Program-made: the position numbers and the translations under genes
Notes under the pieces: model-generated
Told to the model about the DNA's origin: nothing
The model's input: the letters and a program-made list of their open reading frames with translations, nothing else
Database searches by the model: none
Virus record (IMG/VR): IMGVR_UViG_3300037423_000736
Coordinates: 1-42,015 of that record
DNA: 42,015 nt
From: a virus
Taxonomy: Duplodnaviria > Caudoviricetes
Strand: one strand, 5' to 3'
Shown here: piece by piece, positions 33,607-42,015 of the stretch
How positions within the stretch are numbered: the first letter of the stretch is position 1
Layout: each line of letters begins with the position of its first letter

Positions 33607-33840
33607 TTACTCCTTCTCCTTGGTGGCGGCCGGACTGTCGGCCTGTTCCGACCGCGCCTTGGAGACGCGGGGCTTAGGGGGCAGCGGGTGGCCCTTGGCA
33701 TCGAGGGCTCGCTGCTTGAGCACCTGATGCGCGTCGGGGTCGACGAGGGTCACCGAGAGGTGGTGGCCGGTCGACTTGTCCCGGACACGGGTCCAGGCGA
33801 GGCCGTAGCGAGCGTCGATCTGCGGCTCAATGTCGGACAC
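33607..33840 (-). CDS. Hypothetical protein in tail operon
   Basis: RVRDKSTGH motif; GAGGAG RBS. Confidence 0.7.
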   Translation of the reverse strand: MSDIEPQIDARYGLAWTRVRDKSTGHHLSVTLVDPDAHQVLKQRALDAKGHPLPPKPRVSKARSEQADSPAATKEKE

Positions 33841-33894
33841 TGAATCTCCTCGTTGTCGTGACAGGCGAGCAACGCCGCGCTTACGCTCGGCGGC

Positions 33895-34131
33895 ATGAGT
33901 CCTTCGGGGTACATCTGGACCGGCGCCGGTTGCGGCGCACTCGGGGTCGCATTCCTGTCGGCGGCGGCCTCGAACAACGACCTGCAGGCCGCAATGAGCG
34001 CCGCCGGGAGTGATCCGGGCAGCGACACTGGCCTGACCCTCTTAGGGGTCGTACTACTGGTTGCGGCCGTGGTCCTGTTGTTGATCGGCAGTGTCGGCGC
34101 GGGAGTTCGATCCGGGCGCCGCGACGACTAG
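33895..34131 (+). CDS. Antisense two-TM membrane protein (moron)
   Basis: Two hydrophobic segments; GTGACA-18-TACGCT 7 nt before ATG (leaderless). Confidence 0.7.
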   Translation: MSPSGYIWTGAGCGALGVAFLSAAASNNDLQAAMSAAGSDPGSDTGLTLLGVVLLVAAVVLLLIGSVGAGVRSGRRDD

Positions 34132-34520
34132 AGCGCGTAAGTCCAAGCCGTGAGGCCCGAGTAGCGCCCGTCGTCCGGCTCGATCGGCTGCTCAGTCTCC
34201 AAGCGCACGCGGGTCGTGGAGAGTCCGTCAATGGTCAGTTTCTGGTCCTCGATCGCTCCGGCAACAAGGTCCCGAATCCAACGGGCCTCTTCAACCGTGC
34301 GACCGACAGCAAGGGTCGTCAGGCGATAGCCATTGACCGGCTTCCCGCCCGCAAAGCCGATGGGGGCGCCGAACCGCTTAGACACGGTCACCAGCGCATA
34401 CAGGTTCGGCAGCACCTCGGGCACATCGTCGTAGTCGTAAGCCGACCACTTACCCAACGGCACCTCGAGCGCCGAACGGATCGCCTCCGCGTGCCCAGTC
34501 TCAGTTGCCACGGACAGCAT
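34128..34520 (-). CDS. Tail terminator protein
   Basis: Position and size; start uncertain. Confidence 0.7.
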   Translation of the reverse strand: MLSVATETGHAEAIRSALEVPLGKWSAYDYDDVPEVLPNLYALVTVSKRFGAPIGFAGGKPVNGYRLTTLAVGRTVEEARWIRDLVAGAIEDQKLTIDGLSTTRVRLETEQPIEPDDGRYSGLTAWTYAL

Positions 34521-34893
34521 CCTCAATCGCGTCCCCGACCTTACGGCCCAGCTCCGGGCCGATCAGGTCAGCCGAACGAGCCAGATCAAGGTGCGGAGGC
34601 TGATTACGCGACCCGCCCTCGAACGACATGCCACCCTGCCGCTTGTTCGCATCCGGGCCATACACCCAGGCGAGGCCGAGCGGGTGCGCCTTCTCAGCGT
34701 CAAAAGCTCGGTGATACCACTTGCCGTGATCGCCGGCCGACTCCTTAGCGAACGCCGCAGCGATCGTGTTCCCGTGCTTAGCGACATCCTCAACGGCACG
34801 CGCGACACCCTTAGTGGCGCGGTTCGGGACACGCCCAAAATCCACAGCCAGGTCACGAATGTTGCGGGACTCGATGTTCACGGAGCGCGCCAC
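34501..34893 (-). CDS. Neck protein (HK97 gp10-like position)
   Basis: FEGGSRNQPPH motif; start MARSVN after GGAGG. Confidence 0.7.
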   Translation of the reverse strand: MARSVNIESRNIRDLAVDFGRVPNRATKGVARAVEDVAKHGNTIAAAFAKESAGDHGKWYHRAFDAEKAHPLGLAWVYGPDANKRQGGMSFEGGSRNQPPHLDLARSADLIGPELGRKVGDAIEDAVRGN

Positions 34894-34895
34894 GA

Positions 34896-35297
34896 TCACA
34901 CCTCCACGACATCGATACGACGAGCAGTCGCGTTCGACTTCACCGGGTCGTTGTCGACCATGTACTTCTTGCCCAACAGGCGAATGTCCGACAAGGCGCC
35001 AACACTGGTCACCTCGAACACCCACCCACGCTCAGTGGCAGGCTTGCCGACCGGGATATGCAGGCCACCCTCGATCACCGGACGCTCAACGCCACCCACG
35101 GTCACAGTGCGTGAACCGGTGTCCCGCGAGGACGACGAAGGGCCCTGGATCTTGCACGGGGACGTGAATACGTCCTCGAACTCCGACTCTTCCTCACCGT
35201 CCGCGTTCTGCGCAGACCGGCCGGTGGGGCGACGCATGACGCCCGTGTCGACCAGCAGCGCCTCGGCAGCCCGGCGCCCGCGAGCAACCACGCTCAC
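34896..35297 (-). CDS. Head-to-tail stopper
   Basis: ARGRRAAEALLVDT...PCKIQ...ATARR; position. Confidence 0.75.
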   Translation of the reverse strand: MSVVARGRRAAEALLVDTGVMRRPTGRSAQNADGEEESEFEDVFTSPCKIQGPSSSSRDTGSRTVTVGGVERPVIEGGLHIPVGKPATERGWVFEVTSVGALSDIRLLGKKYMVDNDPVKSNATARRIDVVEV

Positions 35298-35869
35298 CTG
35301 GACGTCACCACACCCGCGCCGCCACCGAACTGAGAACGCAACCAACGCCGCGTCAACTTCGGCAACTCCATCGCCGAAGCGACACTCTCCGCGCCCTGCG
35401 CAAAGGTGACCGCATAGTCGTCGATCGACTCGGCGACCACCCGCGGGTCATGGGCACCGTCAGCCGCCGCAACCGCGCCAGCTACCGCCAAGTCACAAAC
35501 AAGGTTCACCACATACGCGGGAACCGTAGGTAGGCCGTGCGTCAACGCAACCACAACAGACACGGGATCGTTCGCGCTACCCCAACAAGACCGGGACCAC
35601 AACGAACCGGTGTCGGTAAGCAACCAGTCAGTCGTAGCAGCCCCGTCGATAGTCACCGAACCGACCGCAGTAACGGGACGTCCCGGCAACCCGAGAGCAC
35701 GTTCGCCCCAACCCGTAAGGGTCACGGTGGACTCAGTCTCGAGGATCGGGCCACCCGCAGCCTGACGCACCAACGCTGACGCAACCGTCAGCATCGTCTC
35801 ATGCACATCAGTGGCGGTGAGCCCACGGTCAGAGAGGTCCGCCGCATCAGCAAGATCAGGCAAAGCCAC
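35294..35869 (-). CDS. Head-to-tail adaptor
   Basis: ASALVRQAAGGPI, THGLPTVP, ESIDDY; follows the capsid gene. Confidence 0.8.
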   Translation of the reverse strand: MALPDLADAADLSDRGLTATDVHETMLTVASALVRQAAGGPILETESTVTLTGWGERALGLPGRPVTAVGSVTIDGAATTDWLLTDTGSLWSRSCWGSANDPVSVVVALTHGLPTVPAYVVNLVCDLAVAGAVAAADGAHDPRVVAESIDDYAVTFAQGAESVASAMELPKLTRRWLRSQFGGGAGVVTSR

Positions 35870-35899
35870 GGCGGACCCCTCTCACTCGTTTTGGGTAGA

Positions 35900-36763
35900 T
35901 CAGGCGGTGGCGTCGAACTCGACCACAGCAAGCGCAGTCGGGCGGACAACCTTCGCGCCGTACAGGTGCAGGCCCTTCACCATGTCGGCGAAGCGCTTCT
36001 CCATCCGCGCAGCCTCAACGGAGTTGATCTGCTCGGCGAAGGTCGTCGCGATCCGGCTGCCGGCGATGACGAGACCACCAGTGGCGGCGGCGTCCGTGAC
36101 GGCGGGCAGGTTGTTCGACTTGTAGAGGTCGAGACCGGCCACGCTGCCGATGAAGCCGTTACCGCGGGTCTCAGCACCCTTCTGGTCACCGGCCGCGATG
36201 AACTCGTCGAGCTTCTGCAGCCGCCCGTGAACGGCCGGGGAGACGACCGCGAAGCGGGACTCGGTAGGAACGTTGTCCTCGTCCAGCACGACCGAAAGGT
36301 CGACGAAGGAGTCGTAGAGGTTCCGGGCCGTGGTGTGGATCGCCACGGTGCCGAGGTCGTTCGCGGTGCCCTGAACGGCAGTGTTCATGGCAGCCAGAAG
36401 GAAGGCGTCGGACACGTCGCGCAGCTGGTACGCCGCGTTGTCGACGGCCTGCTCGAGCGGCGACTTGCCGCCCTTCTTGTACTGGGCCTTCTCGATGTCG
36501 TCGAGCTCGACCGCGAAGTACTTCGCCTGGTCGATGACGAGCGAACGGGTCGCGTCGTCGATGTCCTCGACGGTGATGTCCGTGTGCGCCGTGTAGGTGC
36601 CGATGGTGACATCGTTAATCGAGGTGATCTTGACCGAGTCGCCCTCGCGGCGGATCTCGCCCTCGTAGTCGCGGTTCACGAGACCGCCAGCGACGGCAGC
36701 CTTGCGGAGTGCGACGAGGAGCTTGGCCGACCAGAGGTCGGGAACAAAGTTGGTGACAGCCAT
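35900..36763 (-). CDS. Major capsid protein
   Basis: NFVPDLWS, NRDYEGEI..GDSVKI, GLHLYGAKVVRP. Confidence 0.92.
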   Translation of the reverse strand: MAVTNFVPDLWSAKLLVALRKAAVAGGLVNRDYEGEIRREGDSVKITSINDVTIGTYTAHTDITVEDIDDATRSLVIDQAKYFAVELDDIEKAQYKKGGKSPLEQAVDNAAYQLRDVSDAFLLAAMNTAVQGTANDLGTVAIHTTARNLYDSFVDLSVVLDEDNVPTESRFAVVSPAVHGRLQKLDEFIAAGDQKGAETRGNGFIGSVAGLDLYKSNNLPAVTDAAATGGLVIAGSRIATTFAEQINSVEAARMEKRFADMVKGLHLYGAKVVRPTALAVVEFDATA

Positions 36764-36792
36764 GATTGGCTACCTCTTTCTGAAAGGTGGGG

Positions 36793-37437
36793 TCATCGGG
36801 AACCGAGGAGGTCGTTGAAACGGCCCTCGTTATGGGCCGCGTCGATCTGCTCGGGACTCATCCGGTCCATGTCGGACTTCGTGAGTTGGCTGGGCTTGGA
36901 GGAGTCGTTGCGAGCTCCACCGTCTGCCCCGCCCTGGAACCTCTGACCGCCTTGCGCGCTGAGGTAGGGCTTCGCTGCTACGAGATCCGCGAGCGCCGTG
37001 GCGATCGTGGACTCATCGACGTTGCCGTCGTCATCGACCTCGAACGAGTCGAGATCTAGGAACTTGTAGGCGTCCTGCGGGTCAGCCAGCACGCCCTTGG
37101 CGGCGGCCTTCACCTCAGACTTGAGGATCCGCTGGTTCGCGGCAGCGAGGGCCGCGTCCTTGATCTTCCGTGCCTCTTGCGCGGCGGTGAACTCAGCTTC
37201 CTTGCCGTCGAGCTTGGCCTGGAGCGCATCACGCTCAGCCTTCGCGGCAGCCGCCTCATCGCGCGCCGCCTTACGCTCGGCCTTCATGGCGTCGAGCGCC
37301 TTCTTGCCAGCGTCTCCGAGAGTGGATTCGCCCTCGGACTTGGTGGCCTCGCCCGTTGCGGCCTCGGCCTGCCGGGAGGTGTCGGCAGACGTCTCGCCGA
37401 CAGTCTCGGTGGTGCGTTCGGTCGTCGTTTCCGACAT
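36793..37437 (-). CDS. Scaffolding protein
   Basis: LGDAGKKALDAMKAER, coiled coil, KPYL; upstream of the capsid gene. Confidence 0.88.
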   Translation of the reverse strand: MSETTTERTTETVGETSADTSRQAEAATGEATKSEGESTLGDAGKKALDAMKAERKAARDEAAAAKAERDALQAKLDGKEAEFTAAQEARKIKDAALAAANQRILKSEVKAAAKGVLADPQDAYKFLDLDSFEVDDDGNVDESTIATALADLVAAKPYLSAQGGQRFQGGADGGARNDSSKPSQLTKSDMDRMSPEQIDAAHNEGRFNDLLGSR

Positions 37438-37499
37438 GGTGATGCCTCCGTTGCGGAGTGGCCCGACGCCTTGCGCGTTGGGAGGAAGGGGTGTCGCTG

Positions 37500-37574
37500 T
37501 CAGCCGATGAGGCGAAGTTCAGCGAGCAGGATGAGGACGAGTAGTCCAGCGATGACGATCTGTCCGAGATTCAT
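37500..37574 (-). CDS. 24-aa hydrophobic peptide
   Basis: MNLGQIVIAGLLVLILLAELRLIG; GGAGGT RBS. Confidence 0.55.
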   Translation of the reverse strand: MNLGQIVIAGLLVLILLAELRLIG

Positions 37575-37594
37575 TGGCACCTCCCCATAGGGAG

Positions 37595-38350
37595 TCAGTG
37601 GACGTACTTGTAGCGCCTCAGCAGGTCCACCGCTTCGGCACGATCAGAAGCGATCCGGTAGATGCCCTCGGGGGTGGGGCGACCGGCTCGAGCCAGCACC
37701 CGGCCGGACTCACGGAGACCAGCAGAAGCGCGGCGAGTGTTCACGATCTGGTTGAAGTCCGCACCGTCACGCAACGCCTGCGCATCGGCCTTCGACAACC
37801 CCATCACGAGCCCCCGACGAAACAACTCGTCCGGGTCCTGTTTCAACGGTGCCGCGACAGTGGTCGGGATCATCACGCAGTCACAGTTCGGGTGCCGCTG
37901 AAATCCGTCCGAGTACCGGTAGACGCGACCAGCGAGGACCGCGCACCGGGCACACGACGGGGGCGACAGATACCGGACGTGGTAAATGTCCGCCCGGACC
38001 GCAGTCGCCACCGATTCAGCAGCACGTCCAGCGTCCTGCACGATCGACTCCACGAGCCGGTCAAACCCCGTATCACCGGCCTCAGTGAGCATCCGGTCCA
38101 ACACCTGCGCGTCCGTGGTGAACGACAGCAAGTTCAACAACGTGTCAGCGGGGCTGACGATGTCCTGCTCGGCCAACATCTCCGCCACGGCCTTTTCAGA
38201 CATGCGAGCCTGCGCGACCTGATGAGTAGCAACCACCCCAGCGACGGCTACGAGGCCGCGAGAACGGGCTTTGCGGGCCTCTCGCACAGCTCTACGGGCC
38301 AACAGCGCGGACAGACGGTAGTGCCTACTCGCTGACTGGAGCGTCGCCAT
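37595..38350 (-). CDS. MuF-like minor head / capsid maturation protein
   Basis: SCARCAVLAGR...FQRHPNCDCVMIP; after the portal gene. Confidence 0.8.
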   Translation of the reverse strand: MATLQSASRHYRLSALLARRAVREARKARSRGLVAVAGVVATHQVAQARMSEKAVAEMLAEQDIVSPADTLLNLLSFTTDAQVLDRMLTEAGDTGFDRLVESIVQDAGRAAESVATAVRADIYHVRYLSPPSCARCAVLAGRVYRYSDGFQRHPNCDCVMIPTTVAAPLKQDPDELFRRGLVMGLSKADAQALRDGADFNQIVNTRRASAGLRESGRVLARAGRPTPEGIYRIASDRAEAVDLLRRYKYVH

Positions 38351-39779
38351 TACCCAGGCCCGCCACGATCTGCGCTGTAACCGGGTCCAGAGCCTCGTCT
38401 TCCTTCATCCGCATCACGCGGTCGATCTCCTGCGGCGGAAGACCATCGAGCTCGAGCAAGTAACGCAGGGGATAGCCGATCTCGCGCTTCTTCGACAACG
38501 CATCCGCACGCTGCGCGTCCGAACGGTTCTCGACGTCCTTCCACAACACCCGACCGCCGCGAACGGCTCGCGCCTTCGCGACATCGTCCTGCGACAACGC
38601 AACCAGCTCAAACACGTCACGGATCGAACGCCCGAAGTGCTGCGTCTTCTCCTCGGTCCGCTTCACCAAACCGGTCTCGAGCGCCTTCATGGCATCGCCG
38701 GAGACGTTGGCGATAGTGCCACCGATGAGGAGGTAGTGGGCGGGCGTCCGCGTCTGTGCAGCGATGTGACCGACCGCGATCTCGATGATGTCCGTGAAAA
38801 CCTCGAGATTCGCCGGCTTCCACTCCCCGAGCTTCGCGTTCGTGTCCTCGATCCACAGGATGTTGTCGTCGCGGAGCTTCTTCAGGTCGACCGGCTTCTC
38901 ACCGACGACATCCCCGTCAGCGTTCAGGATCGGCACGACAGGCATCTCCGCACCCAGGACGATCCGCTGCCCGATCGTCGCCTCATCGGAGACCGCGAAC
39001 AACTGCGCCCAAAGGAGATTGATTGCGTGCTGCATCGCGAGCGTTCCCGCAATGTCAGACGACGGCTCGCCCACCAGCCGCGGACGGTTCGGCATCTCGA
39101 CAAACGAGCACTTGCCCATCGGGTTCGGCAGAGGCCAAGTGTTGTCCTCGCGAGGCTGACGCGGTTCCCAGTTGCCCGAAAACGACCCCGGCAGCACGAA
39201 ACCGACCTCAGTCAGCGCATTGCCCGCAACGGGACGCTGGAACTTCCACAGCGCGCCGTCGTAGTCGAGGGCCGCGAACTCGTGTGAGTCATCGCGCCAA
39301 ACATGCGCGCCAGAGATCCGGGCGCGGGTCGCCGGGTCATACCCGACGATCATTTGAGACGGGTGGCCCCAGTTGATGACCGGGTTGTCGTCCCTGTCGC
39401 CCCACACCTGAGCAAACGACCGCTTCGCGATGATCGCGTCAAGCATCGCCAGATCGCAGAGGGCGTCAGCGTCGTTGTCGACCCACGCCGACCAAAGGTC
39501 GTCGTCGCCACCATCCTGCCCCTTGAGACGGATGCCGGTCGGCTCGAGCCGTTCGTGCGGGGCGTCGGCAACAATGCCCGTCCAGTTGTCGGCGAAATGC
39601 TGGTAACGGTCGGCGAAGTAGTCGCTGAAGTTCTTCGACGCGTACCGCAGGGCGAAGTCGCCCGCATAAGCCTTCGTCAGCGTGTCCACACCAAAAGTCG
39701 AACCCGCGTCGTTCTGACGGCGACCCAACTCGACAACAAGCTTGTTGAGGATGCTTACGGCCTGCTCGGCGGTTGCCAT
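38325..39779 (-). CDS. Portal protein (SPP1 gp6-like)
   Basis: NWTGIV, NRPRL, TRTPAHYL, NVSGDA; start MATAEQ after GGAGG. Confidence 0.92.
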   Translation of the reverse strand: MATAEQAVSILNKLVVELGRRQNDAGSTFGVDTLTKAYAGDFALRYASKNFSDYFADRYQHFADNWTGIVADAPHERLEPTGIRLKGQDGGDDDLWSAWVDNDADALCDLAMLDAIIAKRSFAQVWGDRDDNPVINWGHPSQMIVGYDPATRARISGAHVWRDDSHEFAALDYDGALWKFQRPVAGNALTEVGFVLPGSFSGNWEPRQPREDNTWPLPNPMGKCSFVEMPNRPRLVGEPSSDIAGTLAMQHAINLLWAQLFAVSDEATIGQRIVLGAEMPVVPILNADGDVVGEKPVDLKKLRDDNILWIEDTNAKLGEWKPANLEVFTDIIEIAVGHIAAQTRTPAHYLLIGGTIANVSGDAMKALETGLVKRTEEKTQHFGRSIRDVFELVALSQDDVAKARAVRGGRVLWKDVENRSDAQRADALSKKREIGYPLRYLLELDGLPPQEIDRVMRMKEDEALDPVTAQIVAGLGNGDAPVSE

Positions 39780-39793
39780 GCACCCTCCTTCGG

Positions 39794-41437
39794 TCAAGCG
39801 GAGTAGACGTACGTCTTCCGACGCCACAACTTCGCGGCGGTTGTGTCGCCCCACGCTTCGTGGCAAATGATCGAACAGACAGCGAGGTCGATCTTTCGAC
39901 CATCGCCAGGCTTAGTCAGGACGTAGCGGCCGTTCAGCCGCGCCGCCTTCCGGGCGTTGCGCATATGCAGCGCCGTGTCACGGCAGCCGTCATGCGTGAA
40001 CCCAGAGTCAGACTTGTTGACATCCGTGAGGAGTCGTTCAGCAGCGTCGTGCATCTGCTTAGGCCGGTACGTCTCCCAACGCAGAACACGCTTCTCGCCG
40101 TACTTCTCAGCCCACGTATCGACCTCTGTCTCCCAATACGGCGGGTCGCAGTACATGCGGACCACGTCATACCGTGAGAACAGTTCATCGACCGCAGCGG
40201 CAACCTCGAGCCGCGGCACCCGCCCACCGAAATCGGCAGGGCTCCAAATCGTGGGCCCAGCCGAAGTGACCGGCGTGAACTGGTAGCCGTCCTGCGTCTC
40301 CGCACGGATACCCGTCCAGTCATCCACATCCGAGCCGTCGAACCCAAGGACAACCTGCGGACGCTGCGCGAGCTCCCGCGGCTTCCCGCGCGAATCCCAC
40401 TGGTCGCCGTCACACCACGAACCGAGGCCCGCAACGATCCGGTTCCCGTAGAACCGCTCAGCCTGCGCCGGATCCGTCTCCGCCAACTCAGCAGACTCGC
40501 CCTCGATGCCGTTCAAGTCGGCGTGAGGACTGCCCGCGTAGTTCAAGGCGTGAATCTTGGCCCGGTCACGTGCAACCGTGTACTTCAACTCGGGCGGCGG
40601 CGGCTCATAGAACTTGAACACGTCCAGCGACTTAGACTCACGAGTCCGCTGCGCCACCGACTGCTCAGCCGGGTCGTAACAGTTCGTCGTCTCGATCGAA
40701 CGGCCACCCATCGCGGCAGCACCGCGACGCATCGTCTCAGCGACCTTGATGAGCTTGTTCTCTTTGGTATAGAGCTGCGTCTCATCCTGCAGGCAGAAAT
40801 TCAGCGGGTTACCGAGCCGCGACTGTGCGCTCGAGGTAACCGTCTCGATCTTGCCCTCATTCGGAAGGCGAATGAAGCCCTCACGAACCTTCATCCGGTC
40901 CGCCAAATGCGGACCGCGCGCCATCTCCTTGAGGTGGCGGTAGACGTTGTCGACCTGATCCTCAGACGTCGCGAGAAGCTGAATCAGGGGCGTCGGCCAC
41001 GGGTGACCCATCGGCTCACCAACGCGGTACCTGTAGACCCACCCGCAGTTGCAGCCGTGGTCCTCACACCGGTACTCGTCGCCGACCTCAGCCCAGTCGT
41101 AGAACAGGACCGGACCCACAGCCTCCGCGCACACAATCGCCGCCGACCACGGCCCCTTCCCCGTCTTCTGCGGGGCGATGACCTGCGAACGGCGGTAATG
41201 GAACGCGGCGGTGAGGATCGGGAAGGCGTCGGGGTCGCCGGCCAGGTACTCCGGGCTTTGCGCGGCGTCGGGCTTGACCCGGTAATGGTTCAGCGTGACC
41301 CACAACTGCCAGTCGTACATCTTGAACGGGCGGCCCTTGCGGAAACCGTCAGCAACGATGCAGTGACGCTGAATCCAAGCCGGAACGATAAACAGCGTCG
41401 GAAAGTCGACGACGTATCGACTAGCCCCCGGTGCCAT
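39794..41437 (-). CDS. terL: Terminase large subunit
   Basis: PQKTGKG Walker A variant, LQDE Walker B, GFDGS and KIDLAV nuclease motifs. Confidence 0.93.
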   Translation of the reverse strand: MAPGASRYVVDFPTLFIVPAWIQRHCIVADGFRKGRPFKMYDWQLWVTLNHYRVKPDAAQSPEYLAGDPDAFPILTAAFHYRRSQVIAPQKTGKGPWSAAIVCAEAVGPVLFYDWAEVGDEYRCEDHGCNCGWVYRYRVGEPMGHPWPTPLIQLLATSEDQVDNVYRHLKEMARGPHLADRMKVREGFIRLPNEGKIETVTSSAQSRLGNPLNFCLQDETQLYTKENKLIKVAETMRRGAAAMGGRSIETTNCYDPAEQSVAQRTRESKSLDVFKFYEPPPPELKYTVARDRAKIHALNYAGSPHADLNGIEGESAELAETDPAQAERFYGNRIVAGLGSWCDGDQWDSRGKPRELAQRPQVVLGFDGSDVDDWTGIRAETQDGYQFTPVTSAGPTIWSPADFGGRVPRLEVAAAVDELFSRYDVVRMYCDPPYWETEVDTWAEKYGEKRVLRWETYRPKQMHDAAERLLTDVNKSDSGFTHDGCRDTALHMRNARKAARLNGRYVLTKPGDGRKIDLAVCSIICHEAWGDTTAAKLWRRKTYVYSA

Positions 41438-41897
41438 CGGTCACGACCGACAGTCGGTTGCGCGGGTCATCCTCGTCCTCGACGGGGACCGACTCGTTGC
41501 GCTTCTCAGCAACGGCATCCACCGCGACTTTCCAACCCATCTCCGCTAGGCCAGCCGTAGTCATACCGATCTGGTCAGCGAACCGGTGAAGCTGCCCAAG
41601 CAGCGCCGCGCCAGCGTCGGAGTCCTCACAGCGGACCTTCACCCGGACCCACATCGCGACCGTGCCCAAACGCCACGCCTCAGAAGGCATCGCCCACGCG
41701 CAGGCTTGGGGAGTAGTCCACGCCTGGGCCCAAACCGCAAGCTCGCGGTCCGAAGCGGCAGGAAGCGGGAAGTCAGGGACGGGGCCGGCGTAACCCTCGG
41801 CAGGCAGAGCCGTAAGCGTGAACCCGCGAGCATCCGACCGGCCAGAGTCCTCATTCGCGGGAGGACCGGATCGGTTGCGTGCGCCACCTCGTGTCAT
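41421..41897 (-). CDS. terS: Terminase small subunit
   Basis: RGGARNRSGP N-terminus, WTTPQACAW, IGMTTAG; overlaps terL. Confidence 0.85.
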   Translation of the reverse strand: MTRGGARNRSGPPANEDSGRSDARGFTLTALPAEGYAGPVPDFPLPAASDRELAVWAQAWTTPQACAWAMPSEAWRLGTVAMWVRVKVRCEDSDAGAALLGQLHRFADQIGMTTAGLAEMGWKVAVDAVAEKRNESVPVEDEDDPRNRLSVVTDGTGG

Positions 41898-42015
41898 TCG
41901 GATTCACTCCTCAGCAGCGTTGCGCCGCGTCAGGGGCGCCCAAGCCTTGCGCTCGGGCGTATGCGTTCCATGAGATACAGCGGAAGGTCTGAACCCTCCG
42001 CACATTCCAGAACCC

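Larger units (their letters stand above)
1..42015. mobile_element. Complete or near-complete temperate actinobacteriophage (siphovirus) genome, non-integrated form
   Basis: Full set of packaging, head, tail, lysis, integration, immunity and replication modules; terS at one end and packaging-type HNH at the other; att core internal with phage genes on both sides; WhiB-like gene and high GC point to Actinobacteria. Confidence 0.95.

Overview
High-GC, apparently complete (about 42 kb) temperate siphovirus of an actinobacterial host, in non-integrated form. Most genes lie on the minus strand. From the right end the order is terminase, portal, head, neck, tail, tape measure, minor tails and collagen-like fibre, lysis, a small rightward accessory operon, an intact attP (3' half of tRNA-Arg CCT), tyrosine integrase, repressor/xis switch, an early operon (DUF550, C5 methyltransferase, RusA-like, exonuclease and RecT-like, WhiB-like, replication region, N4/N6 methyltransferase), small late genes and a terminal HNH. 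The most unusual item is a gene between attP and int that fuses a second copy of the integrase N-terminal arm-binding domain to an HNH nuclease. Also notable are an endolysin with an amidase fused to an EEP-family phosphoesterase, a twin-hairpin GCAA(G/C) motif shared by the terS and scaffold leaders, a 27-bp repeat-flanked cassette with a Cys-rich microprotein, and antisense morons including an O-acyltransferase. All calls come from motif reading and synteny by eye; no database searches were run.
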